Positions 19,449-29,700 of a DNA stretch of 64,000 nucleotides are shown here, one piece after another. The notes beneath the pieces are model-generated. The model saw only the letters and a list, made by a program, of their open reading frames with translations. It made no database searches and was not told the DNA's origin. The DNA lies in contig JANOQV010000240.1 of NCBI GenBank assembly GCA_031414955.1, positions 10,771 to 74,770 on the forward strand, written 5' to 3'. The stretch comes from Pedosphaera sp. GTDB taxonomy: Bacteria > Verrucomicrobiota > Verrucomicrobiia > Limisphaerales > SIBH01. Numbering within the stretch: the stretch's first letter is position 1; the number at the start of each line of letters is the position of its first letter. The position numbers and the translations under genes were made by a program.

Positions 19449-20902
19449 ACCACGCCCTTTCCGCCAGTCTCTTTCGCGAAGTCGGGAAGAATTTCTTCGG
19501 CGTTCTGGCCGGGCCGTTGGCGCGGCTTTATGTGGATGCGCTCGACACACTGGAGCGCGAGGCGGGACAGCGGAATCAGGGAATCGACCGCGAGGAGGCG
19601 CTGGCCTTGGTGGAGCAGGTCGTGGAGCAACACGAGGATTTGGCGGACGTGGGCGATGAGTCGGTTTCTCAAATCGCCACGAGCCGCGAGCGGGCGCGGA
19701 CTGTGCTCGAAACGCTGCGCACTGCTGGTTGGTTGCAGGAAGAAGCACGCACGGACTGGCAGCGGCTCGTGTTCTTTGATGCCAAAGGCACCCATCTGCT
19801 GCACGCGCTCCGTAAGATCGCGTTCCCTGAAGCAGCGTTCTTTTCCGACAAGCTGGTCAACGTCTGCGTCACGCTCGCACGAGGCGGCGAGTTGAACCTG
19901 GACGCGCTCCAGGATAATCCGTGGGCGCAGATCGAGACGAGCGTTGAAAACCTCCAAGCCGGTCTCACGGAGCTGCGCGGGATGCAAAAGTCCATCGAGC
20001 GCCACACCAAACAGCAGCTCGCGGCCACCACGCTCCAGGAAAACCTCGAGCTGTTTCTCGACCAGTTTGCTGAGCGCATCGGGCGCACCTGCTACGCGCA
20101 ACTCGTTCACGCGCGCCTGCCCTCGAGGCTCGCCGAAACGCGCCGGGCCTTGGAAAGCCTGTCTTCCCACGCCGACCTCACGACCAAGATGCAGTCCGAA
20201 GTCATGCGCCGCGAGCCGGCCCTCACGGCGGAAGCGGCGATGGCGCGCGTGCGTCTGCGGATCAACGATCTGGAGGAGATGTTGCATCAGGTCGAGCCGC
20301 TGGCCGATGCCATTGACCGGCGCACGGCGGAATTCGCCCGCCGTTCGCAAGGGCGCTTCCGCTACTTGCAGGAAACGACGAGCGAGAACCGCGCCCGTGT
20401 TCAGACGTTCTTCGAGACGCTCAACCGCCATTTCGCCGGCCGGCGCGTCGCCGATGTGGACGCCCTCGGCCTGGAACTCCCCGCCTTGCGCCTGCATGAC
20501 GCGCGGCTGTTCGGCGGGCTAGAATCGCTCTACACGCCGCGTCTGCGCCGTGCCGCCGGAGAGATTGAACCGCTGGAGGATGCCGACCCACGGCAAGCCG
20601 ACCGCGCGCTCGCGCAACTGGGGAACAACATGCGCGACTCGCTCACGACCAGCCGCGCCAACCGCTTTGTCGCCACGCTGCCGGGTGAACGCGGTGCGAC
20701 ATGGAGTTCCGCCGACCTCCTGCGCGAGCACGTCCACAACGACGAGGACGTGGCCAGCGTCATCGCCTGCCTGCTGCACGCACGCTCCACGGACGCGCGC
20801 TTCGAGGTGGGCGTGCCGCGCCGCGATTCGGAGGCGGACGCCGGGGACTTCGATTCGAAATTCCAATACCGCGTCGAGAGGTTCACGCTGGTGAAGAAAT
20901 GA
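19445..20902 (+). CDS. jetA: Wadjet JetA (kleisin/MukF-like)
   Basis: 485-aa largely helical protein with N-terminal FFGVLAGP...LY and L...GW wHTH-like motif; first of four coupled genes with the SMC ATPase and TOPRIM nuclease. Confidence 0.85.
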   Translation: MNHALSASLFREVGKNFFGVLAGPLARLYVDALDTLEREAGQRNQGIDREEALALVEQVVEQHEDLADVGDESVSQIATSRERARTVLETLRTAGWLQEEARTDWQRLVFFDAKGTHLLHALRKIAFPEAAFFSDKLVNVCVTLARGGELNLDALQDNPWAQIETSVENLQAGLTELRGMQKSIERHTKQQLAATTLQENLELFLDQFAERIGRTCYAQLVHARLPSRLAETRRALESLSSHADLTTKMQSEVMRREPALTAEAAMARVRLRINDLEEMLHQVEPLADAIDRRTAEFARRSQGRFRYLQETTSENRARVQTFFETLNRHFAGRRVADVDALGLELPALRLHDARLFGGLESLYTPRLRRAAGEIEPLEDADPRQADRALAQLGNNMRDSLTTSRANRFVATLPGERGATWSSADLLREHVHNDEDVASVIACLLHARSTDARFEVGVPRRDSEADAGDFDSKFQYRVERFTLVKK

Positions 20903-21573
20903 CGGACCTCGGCTCACCCTCCCAACCCGGCGGCCTCCTCGCCCGGCTCGACCCGCACGACCGTGAGCGGCTGGGCGAGGCGCTGCGGGAGCTGCTCGCC
21001 CACGGGTCCATTCTCGGCTTCGAGCCGGCGCAGAACGGGCTCTATCACTGGAGCCACCAGAACCGCCCGTGGGTTGAGGAGTTCGCCGGCCTGCTCGACC
21101 TCAAGCTCCATTGGGACCACCAGGAACGCATCGTGCAGGCCGTGCCGCAGGGCCGCGCCTTTCTGCTCACCCTCAAGCTCGACGCCACGCTCGTCTTGCT
21201 CACGCTCTGGTATGAGTTCGACACCGCGCTCCGCGACCGGGGTGAGTCCCCGCCGGTCGAGCTGACCGTGCAACAGCTCAACGATTCGCTCGCCGAGAAG
21301 TTTGAGCCACTCCGCAAACATCTCCCCAGCCAGACCCGGCTGCGCGAGATACTCTCCCTCGCCCAGCGGAAGAATCTGCTGCGCCACACCTTCGACCCCG
21401 CCGCGCCGGAGCGCTCCACCATCCAGATATTCCGCACGCTCCACCGCGCCATCGAGTTCCAAAGCATCGAGGAGTGGAACAAGCATGCGGAGCGCTACCT
21501 AGCCGGGCTCAAGGAGCCAGGCGCTGAGGCGGCACCGCTCACCGAAGCCGGTGGAGACGACAAAAGCGAATGA
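20899..21573 (+). CDS. jetB: Wadjet JetB (kite/MukE-like, DUF4194-type)
   Basis: About 224 aa; LKLDATLVLLTLWYEF motif; ATGA-coupled between jetA and jetC. Confidence 0.85.
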   Translation: MTDLGSPSQPGGLLARLDPHDRERLGEALRELLAHGSILGFEPAQNGLYHWSHQNRPWVEEFAGLLDLKLHWDHQERIVQAVPQGRAFLLTLKLDATLVLLTLWYEFDTALRDRGESPPVELTVQQLNDSLAEKFEPLRKHLPSQTRLREILSLAQRKNLLRHTFDPAAPERSTIQIFRTLHRAIEFQSIEEWNKHAERYLAGLKEPGAEAAPLTEAGGDDKSE

Positions 21574-24500
21574 CCCCCACGATTCGACTCACCCGCATCC
21601 ACGCGCTGAACTGGTATGGCTACAAGGACACCATCCCGGTCGAGGGCAACCTCCTGCTCGCGGGCGTGACCGGCTCGGGCAAGTCCATCCTCATGGACTT
21701 GATTCAGCTCGTGCTCGTCGGCGACCAGCGGCTCGTGCGCTTCAACCAGTCCGCCACCGGCGACCGCTCGGACCGTTCGCTCAAGGGCTACTGCCTCGGC
21801 GACACCAAGCAGGAGGAAAACGGCGTCACCCAATACATGAGGCACAGCGCCATCACCTACGTGGCGCTCGAGTTCACCTGGCCGAACGGCAAGCGCGTCG
21901 AGACGTGGGGACTGCGCATCGAGTTCGCCAGCGCGGCGGAGACGCGGGGGACGGTCACGCCGTTCTTCATCCCGGCCGCGCTAGCGCGCAGCGACTTTCT
22001 CGACGCGGAGAAGCGCCCGCTGGACTCCACCGCGTTCAAGGCGCTGACTGAATCGCACGCCGCCCGCGACGGCACGCGAGGGCGGATTTATCCCGAAGGT
22101 CTCCAGGCCTACCTGCGCGATATGGCGCAGCCGACGCACTTGAATTTCGACCGCGAGGTGTTGAGCGCGCTGCTCCCCACGGCGATGTCCTTCACCTTCC
22201 TCAAGAGCTTCAACGACTTCGCCCGCCAGTTCATCCTGCCCGCCGACAAGCTCGACGTGAGCGACGTGACGGCGAGCTACCGCACGTTCCTCGGCTACGA
22301 GCGCGACCTGACGGAACTCAACGACCAGTTCCAGCGGCTCAAGGCCATCCGCGACACCTTCACTCGCCTGACCGAACTTCGCCGCGACCGCGCGCTGGCC
22401 CGTTATCTCGAAGCCCAACTCCGCCACGAATACGCCGGCGAGCAACTGCAAGACGACGAAGCCCGTCTCGCGAAACTGCGCGAGGAATACGCCGGGGAGG
22501 AGCAGCGGCTGAAGGAACTCGACGAAGCACTGCCTGAACTTCAGCGCCAGATTGACGGACTGAAAGCCGCCATCAACGAGACGCCGGACGGCCGACTCTA
22601 CGCGGATTTGAAGTCGCGCAACGAGAAGCTCGCCCGCCAACTTTCCCAACTCTCCGACACCGGCAACTCCCTCGAACAAGCCCTCGCCAACCGCATCCGC
22701 AACGCCCGCGCCTGGCTCAAAGACCTCCGCGCCCTGCCGCTCGAACTCGATGCCGTCTCCGTCGGCTCCGTCGAGCGCGCCCTCACCGCCGTCGTGGACG
22801 GCCGCGTGGGCAAGGCCGGCGAGACGCTGCCCGCGCTGGGCACGGCCGCGCAGACCGCCGCCATCGCCGCCAGCCGCGCCGCCGCCCCGACCCAGAAACG
22901 GCTCGGCGAAGTTCGCCAGCATCTCGGCCAGCTTCGCGACGAGATTGCCACGCTCAAGCTGGGCAAGCTGCCCGGCGGCAACTCGCGCCTGCTCGACGCG
23001 CTCAACGCCAGCCTGCTCACGCACGGCCCGGAGCTGCCCGCGCAGCCGTTGTGCAAGCTGTGCGAGGTCATGGATGAGCGCTGGCGTCCAGCCATCGAGA
23101 CCGCCTTCACGCGCAAGTTCGCCATCGTCGTCCCGCCGGAGCATTACGACCTGGCGGAGCAGACCTACCACGGTTTGAAGGCGGCGAACCTCGGCGGCGA
23201 GTCGGGGCGCGAATCGCTCATCAATCCGGTGAAGGCGCTCCGGCTCAAGAAAACCATCCGCCCCGGTTCGCTCGCGGAGAAGTTGCAGACCAGCCATCCG
23301 GTCGCGGCGGCCATCGTCAGCCACTTGTTCGGCGACCTGATGTGCGTCGAGCGGCGTGAGGCGTTGCGCGAGCACGACTACGCCATCCTGCCCGACGGCT
23401 TCATGACGCGCGGCGCGTTTGTGGAGCGCCCGCGCTTCTACGACGGCAACCCTTTCGTCGGCCAACGCGGGCTGGAGCAGCAGCGCGTGTGGAAGGAAAA
23501 GCAGCGCGACGAGCTGGAGGCCGAGGAGCGCAAGCTGGCCCCGGTCGAACGCGCCGTGCAGGCCTTGAACGACGGCTGGCGCGAGCATTTCGACATCGCC
23601 CCCAGCCTCTACGGCGACCTCGCTCGGGCGCAGGAGCTGCCGAAATTGAAGGCCGAGTTGGACGAGAACATCGCCAAGCTCAAGACCATTGACCGGGCGA
23701 AGTTCGATGAACTGGCGCAGGAGCAGTCGAAATGGGAGGCGAGCTTGAAGGCGATGGAGGAGGAACGCCGCGCGCTCGACCGCAGCGAGAAGCGAGTCGA
23801 GCTGCGGCGCTTGGAAAGCCACGCTGAACTGACTCGTGGCGAGGTGAAGAAGCTGGCGGAGAAGTTCGAGCAAGTCCGCAACGAGACCGACATCTCGCCG
23901 TGGTTGCCGAGGCTGGCGGAAGTGCGCGCGGAGATGCTCGGGCGGTTCCCGGCAAAGGACATCGCGGCAAACCGCCTCAACGACCAGTTCCACGACTGCA
24001 CGGAAAAAGCTGCCGCCGCGTGGGAGGACGTGAAGGCCAAACGCCGGGAACTGGCGATGGCTCACCCCAAGTTCGACGACCTGCCTATCGAGGCGGAGAC
24101 AAACACGGCGCACGACCAGCCACTGGCCAAGCTGGGCGACTACATTCCCGACTACAAAGCCAAGTCAGAGCGCGAGCGCCAGAACTGGGAACATCTCTTC
24201 CGCACGCAGATTTTGGAGAAGCTCCACAGCGCGCTCATGGATGTCCGCGACCGGATTTCCATCCTCACCACGGAACTGAAGAAGCGCCCCATCGGAACCA
24301 ACACCTACGAACTTCGACTCCGGCGCAATCCCGATTACCAGCTCTACCATGAGTTGCTCGAAGCCAGCGCGTTGGCCCGTGGTGACGACCTGTTCTTCGC
24401 TTCCGCCGACGAGCGGTTCCGAAATGCCATCGCGCACTTCCTCAAGACCCTCACCGAAGCTCCGGACGGAGCCGAGGCCGCGCGCCTGCTCGACTACCGG

Positions 24501-24941
24501 CACTACTACGAATACGACATGGAGGTCGTCGAGGCGGACGGGCGCAAGACGAGCGTGGACCGGCACTCCGGCAAGTTCAGCGGCGGCGAAAACCAGTCGC
24601 CCTACTTCATCGCCATCCTCGCCAGTTACCTGCGCGCCTATCGTCGCTACAGCAATTCGCGCAAACAGGAGCCGTCGCTGGGACTGGTGCCGATTGACGA
24701 GGCGTTCTCCAAACTCAGCGGCGAGCGCATCAAGGACTGCATCACCGCGCTCAAGGCGTTTGATTTGCAGGGCGTGTTCTCGATGAGCACGGGCAACATC
24801 CCCTACGCCTTCGAGCACTGTGACTGGCTGGTGGTGGTGTCCAAAGAAGAACGTCGCCTCGGCAACCGGACGGAAATTCGCAACATCCCGGTGAGCCTCG
24901 CGCGCGATTCCGAGGACGCGCGGCAGCTGTTGAACGAGTAA
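21570..24941 (+). CDS. jetC: Wadjet JetC (SMC-family ATPase)
   Basis: LNWYGY, GVTGSGKS, FNQSA, RSLKGY; long coiled coils with central hinge; LLDYRHY, FSGGE, IDEAFSK. Confidence 0.95.
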   Translation: MTPTIRLTRIHALNWYGYKDTIPVEGNLLLAGVTGSGKSILMDLIQLVLVGDQRLVRFNQSATGDRSDRSLKGYCLGDTKQEENGVTQYMRHSAITYVALEFTWPNGKRVETWGLRIEFASAAETRGTVTPFFIPAALARSDFLDAEKRPLDSTAFKALTESHAARDGTRGRIYPEGLQAYLRDMAQPTHLNFDREVLSALLPTAMSFTFLKSFNDFARQFILPADKLDVSDVTASYRTFLGYERDLTELNDQFQRLKAIRDTFTRLTELRRDRALARYLEAQLRHEYAGEQLQDDEARLAKLREEYAGEEQRLKELDEALPELQRQIDGLKAAINETPDGRLYADLKSRNEKLARQLSQLSDTGNSLEQALANRIRNARAWLKDLRALPLELDAVSVGSVERALTAVVDGRVGKAGETLPALGTAAQTAAIAASRAAAPTQKRLGEVRQHLGQLRDEIATLKLGKLPGGNSRLLDALNASLLTHGPELPAQPLCKLCEVMDERWRPAIETAFTRKFAIVVPPEHYDLAEQTYHGLKAANLGGESGRESLINPVKALRLKKTIRPGSLAEKLQTSHPVAAAIVSHLFGDLMCVERREALREHDYAILPDGFMTRGAFVERPRFYDGNPFVGQRGLEQQRVWKEKQRDELEAEERKLAPVERAVQALNDGWREHFDIAPSLYGDLARAQELPKLKAELDENIAKLKTIDRAKFDELAQEQSKWEASLKAMEEERRALDRSEKRVELRRLESHAELTRGEVKKLAEKFEQVRNETDISPWLPRLAEVRAEMLGRFPAKDIAANRLNDQFHDCTEKAAAAWEDVKAKRRELAMAHPKFDDLPIEAETNTAHDQPLAKLGDYIPDYKAKSERERQNWEHLFRTQILEKLHSALMDVRDRISILTTELKKRPIGTNTYELRLRRNPDYQLYHELLEASALARGDDLFFASADERFRNAIAHFLKTLTEAPDGAEAARLLDYRHYYEYDMEVVEADGRKTSVDRHSGKFSGGENQSPYFIAILASYLRAYRRYSNSRKQEPSLGLVPIDEAFSKLSGERIKDCITALKAFDLQGVFSMSTGNIPYAFEHCDWLVVVSKEERRLGNRTEIRNIPVSLARDSEDARQLLNE

Positions 24942-24944
24942 GCC

Positions 24945-26096
24945 ATGAAAGCGTCTTCGCCCGTGCTCGAAGCTCTGGCCCGCCGTTATGATCTCACGCA
25001 GGCAGGGCGAACGGGAGAAGCCAGTCGCGATGTGTTGCTCCAGATCGAAGGTTTGCTGAAGGAAGCCGGCTCCCATGAAGGAGAAGCGCGCGCCGTCGCC
25101 GAGCAACACCTTCAGGAAGCGCAGCGAACCGGAATTCTCACCATCGAGCCGTTGCACAAACGCGACCGCAAGTCGTTTGGGCAAATTCGTTTTTCACCCT
25201 CCAACGAAGCCCGGCTTTACGAGCGACTGGGCCGCAACTCGCCCACGCAACTCCGCATCGCACTCGCGGGGCAGTTCACCGCTGCCGAGTCGTCCGAGAT
25301 TCCCGACCGCTGGCGCAACAACTGGCGGGACTGGTGCGAGCGCATGCGAACGGCGGCGCTGACCGGCGGCTCGACCGCACCGTTTGACCGGCATTCCAGC
25401 GAGGAGAACACAGAGTTGCTCACGCTTCTGCCCAAACTGCTGGCGTGGGAAGGCGAGTCGCTGGTGCGCTTCGCGAGCTGCGTGCTCTGCTGCGGCTCTA
25501 AAAAGATTGAGGCCTCAAAAAAGCTGGAGGCATGGGCGGCGAAGGAGGAACAGGGAGAATTCGCCGGACGCCTGCGCGGAAAACTTGGACGCCTGCTGGA
25601 GGACATCACAAGTGGAGAAATCAAGACGCTCGACGACCTGGGAATTTTGCCCAACCCGCGCTTTGCCCTCGTCCACGGCCCGTTGCGATTGCGGCTGGAT
25701 GGCGAATGGCTCGACCTCGGACGGTTGCACGGCGCGTTTCGCCTCGCGCTGACCGACATCGAACGCGCCGAAGAAATCACCACCAGCGCCCGCCGCTGCC
25801 TGACGGTGGAGAATGAAACCTCCTTTCACGAACTCGCCAAACTCCGCAGTGGCGAGCTGTTGCTTCAGACGAGTTATCCTGGCTCCGGCACGCTGGCGTT
25901 ACTGCAACGGCTGCCCGCCAACCTTGAGTTCTGGCACTTTGGCGACACCGACGAGGACGGCTTCAAGATTCTGCGATGTCTGCGGGAGAAAACAGGGCGC
26001 GACTTCCAACCACTGCACATGGAACGGGGCCGCGCCTCTCTTGAGCAGGAGTCGCTCGGACGCCCTACGCGGAAAGATTGGCCATTCTATGATTGA
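24945..26096 (+). CDS. jetD: Wadjet JetD (Topo VI-like TOPRIM nuclease, DUF2220-type)
   Basis: LTVENETSF, HFGDTDEDGFKI and LEQE motifs; 3 bp after jetC. Confidence 0.9.
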   Translation: MKASSPVLEALARRYDLTQAGRTGEASRDVLLQIEGLLKEAGSHEGEARAVAEQHLQEAQRTGILTIEPLHKRDRKSFGQIRFSPSNEARLYERLGRNSPTQLRIALAGQFTAAESSEIPDRWRNNWRDWCERMRTAALTGGSTAPFDRHSSEENTELLTLLPKLLAWEGESLVRFASCVLCCGSKKIEASKKLEAWAAKEEQGEFAGRLRGKLGRLLEDITSGEIKTLDDLGILPNPRFALVHGPLRLRLDGEWLDLGRLHGAFRLALTDIERAEEITTSARRCLTVENETSFHELAKLRSGELLLQTSYPGSGTLALLQRLPANLEFWHFGDTDEDGFKILRCLREKTGRDFQPLHMERGRASLEQESLGRPTRKDWPFYD

Positions 26097-26128
26097 AAAA
26101 GTCTGCGGATTCACCGGATGTAAACGAT

Positions 26129-26464
26129 ATGGCAACGCAACGGGCCACGATTGATTTTCTGCTGGAGAAGCTCCGCGAGCCGAAGCGCTTTTCCGCCCGC
26201 GCCATGTTCGGCGAATACGCGCTCTACGCCGACGGTCGGGTGGTGGCGCTGGTTTGCGATGACCGCCTCTATGTGAAGCAGCTTCCGGCCAGCCGGGTGC
26301 TCGAACCGCTCTGCGAGCAGGGCCATCCTTATCCCGGTGCGAAGCTGCATTACATCGTGGAGGAGGGACAACTGACCAGCTTGCCAATGCTGGCCTCGAT
26401 CCTGTTCGCACTGGCGGCATCGCTGCCCGAGACGAAAAAGCGCCGCCCGACCGGGAAGCGGTGA
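26129..26464 (+). CDS. TfoX/Sxy N-terminal-domain protein
   Basis: RAMFGEYALYADGRVVALVCDDRLYVK and PYPGAK motifs. Confidence 0.85.
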   Translation: MATQRATIDFLLEKLREPKRFSARAMFGEYALYADGRVVALVCDDRLYVKQLPASRVLEPLCEQGHPYPGAKLHYIVEEGQLTSLPMLASILFALAASLPETKKRRPTGKR

Positions 26465-26712
26465 GCCGACGGCTTTCGACTCCAAACCAACCCCCCAGCG
26501 GATGTCCGAGTGCCGGCACCGGCGGGATTCAATTGGGCCGCGGCGGCCAGCCGGAAGCGACAGGCCATCGCTCGTCCGGCACCGGAGAAAACGACTCCCT
26601 GAAATTCGCGGCCAGAGGGGGTCCGCTGATTTGCCCCGCGACATTTGGTGAAGAGCAGTCGGCCATTGCCCGTCTCTTCTGCCCCGTGGTATTCCCACGG
26701 CTCTCACAAATT

Positions 26713-29700
26713 ATGAAACGACAAATGCGTTTGGTGCTCCTCGGTTTTTTTGTGTTGCTGAAGGCAACGTCCGGCGTCGCGGCGGACAAGCTGGAACTCA
26801 AGACCGGCGATCACGTCGCCATCATCGGCAACACGTTGGCCGACCGGATGCAGCACTCCGGTTGGTTCGAGGCGCTCACTTACGAACAGTTGCCCAAGCA
26901 CCAGCTCGTCTTTCGCAATCTTGGCTACGCCGCCGACGAGTTGGTCACGCGTCCGCGGTCGGAGAATTTCGGCTCGCCCACTGACTGGCTTACGCGCGCG
27001 CAGGCCGATGTGGTGCTGGCGTTCTTTGGGTTCAATGAGTCATTCAAGGGCGCGGACGGGCTGGCCAAGTTCCGCGAAGATCTCGAGAAGTTCATCAAGG
27101 AGACGCGCGCCGCGAATTACAGCGGCAAGGGTGCGCCGCGCCTCGTGATCCTCTCGCCCATCGCCGCCGAGAAGCACCGCGATGTGAATTTCCCTGATCC
27201 CGCCCCGATCAACCGCCAGCTTGCGCCCTACGTTCAGGCCATGCGCGAGGTCGCGGCAGCAAACGGCGTCCAGTTCGTCGATCTGTTCGCGGCTTCGCAG
27301 AAGGCTTACGCGGCGGCCAAGACCTCGCTGACCATCAACGGCGTTCACCTGAGCGACGACGGCTACAAGGCGCTCGCGCCCGCCATGTTCGCGGAAGTGT
27401 TCGGCAGCAAAGCGCCGGCGATGGACAGCACGGGCTTCGAAAATCTCCGCGCCGCCATCAACGACAAGAACAAGGTCTGGTTCTCCCGCTATCGCACCGT
27501 CGATGGCTACAACGTCTATGGCGGACGCTCCGCGCTGGCCTATGCGCCGAACAAGGGACCGTTCATCACCGACCGCAACGCGCCCGAGCCGCACATCTCG
27601 AATTACAAAGTCATGCAACAGGAGATGACGCAGCGCGACGTGATGACCGCGAACCGCGATGCGCGCATCTGGGCCGTGGCGCAGGGCGGCAACCTCGCGG
27701 TGAAGGACGACAATTTGCCGCCCGTGACCGAGATCAAGAGCAACAAGCCCGGCCCGAATCCCGACGGCTCGCATCCCTTCCTCGGCGGTGCGGAGGCCAT
27801 GCAGCACATCAAGGTGCCGCCGGGCTGCAAGCTCCAGTTCATTGCGTCGGAGAAGGAATATCCCGAGTTGGTCAAGCCGGTGCAGATCGGCTTCGACACG
27901 AAGGGACGGCTGTGGGTCGCGGCCTGGAAGAATTATCCCGAGCGCACTCCGACGAGCCAAGACGGCGACAAGCTGCTGGTGTTCGATCTCAACCCCGACG
28001 GCAGCGTGAAGAAGATGACGACGTTCATCGACGACTTGAACTGCCCGACCGGCTTTCAGTTCTACAAGGACGGCGTGCTGCTCATGCAGGCGCCGGACCT
28101 GTGGTTCATCCGCGACACGGATGGCGACGGCAAGGCCGACTCGAAGGTGCGCGTGTTGAACGGCATGGACTCGGCGGACTCGCACCACACGGCGAACGCG
28201 ATCTGCTACGAGCCGGGCGGCGCGATTTATTTGAGCGATGGCACCTTCCATCGCACCAGCGTAGAGACGGCGCAGGGACCGGTGCGCAACATCAACGGGG
28301 CCATCTATCGTTTCGAACCGCGCACGAGCAAGTTCTACCGCCATGTGCCTTACGGTTTCGCCAACCCGCACGGGCGCGTCTTTGATGCCTGGGGCAACGA
28401 CTTCATCACCGACGCCACGGGCAACGCCAATTACTTCGGTCCGGCTTTCAGCGGTTATCTCGAGACCGGCAGTCATTCGGGCATGAACACCTATTGGAAG
28501 AACCCCTCGCGCCCGTGCCCTGGCACGGCGATTCTGAGCAGCCGCCATTTCCCCGAGTCGATGCAGGGCGAGTTCCTGAACATCAACGTCATTGGCTTCC
28601 AGGGCATCTTCCGCGCGAAGAACACGGAGGAAGGTTCCGGCATCCTCGGCACCACGGTCACGCCCCACATGCTCGACAACGACAACGCGAAGAATCCGAA
28701 CTTCCGTCCCATCGCCGCCGACGTCGCACCGGACGGCTCGCTCTACGTGCTCGACTGGGCGAACTCGATCATCGGCCACATGCAGCATCATCTCCGCGAC
28801 CCGAACCGCGATCAGATTCACGGCCGCATTTACCGCATCACCTATCCCGAGCGCCCGTTGCTCACGCCGAAAAAGGTCGACGGCCAGCCCATCGCGGCGC
28901 TGCTCGATCTGTTGAAGGAGCATGAGGACAACGTGCGCATCCGCGCCAAGATCGAGTTGGACAAACACGACTCGAAGCAGGTCATCGCCGCCGTGCAGAA
29001 GTGGGCCAAGCAGTTCGACCCGAAAAAAGTTGCAGACGCGCATCACCTGCTCGAAGCCCTGTGGGTCCACCAGTGGCACAACGTGGTGAACGAGCCGCTC
29101 CTCCGCACGCTGCTCGCCTCGCCCGACCCGCGCGCCCGCGCCCAGGCCGTGCGCGTGGTTGGCTATTGGGGCGACCGCGTTTCGCAGCCGCTGCTCGCCG
29201 TGAAGGCCGCCGCCAACGATTCCGCCCCGCGCGTCCGTCTCGAAGCCGTGCGCGTGGCCAGCTTCTTCGAGGGCAACGACGCCATGGAAGCCGCCTACCA
29301 GATCACCAAGTACCCGACCGATTACTACCTCGACTACACCTTCAAGGAGACGACCAAGCAGTTGAGCAAGTCCGCGAAGGGTTTTGCGCCCAAAGATCCG
29401 GCGCTCGTCGCCGCCGTGGTCAACCGCATGACCGACCAGGAACTGCTCGCCGCGCCCAAGACGGAGCCGGTGCTGCTCGCCCGCCTCGAACGCAAGACCT
29501 CGGACGTGAACACGCGCAACGCCGCGCTCGAAGACTTGGCCAAGCTGCGCAAGACCGACCGCGTCACCGAGGCCGTGGCCGCGCTCACCCGCCTCGACGA
29601 ACCCGGCACGCCGCTCCAGTCCATCAACGATCTCGCGCTCCTGCTCACTGCCCGGCCCGACGGTCTGGCCAAGGTGCGGCCGGAGTTGCAGCGCCTCACC

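Noticed and set aside
26129..26464. TfoX gene as a Wadjet component or competence regulator
   Set aside because: Stand-alone TfoX_N genes are common, it is not coupled to jetD, and no competence genes are nearby
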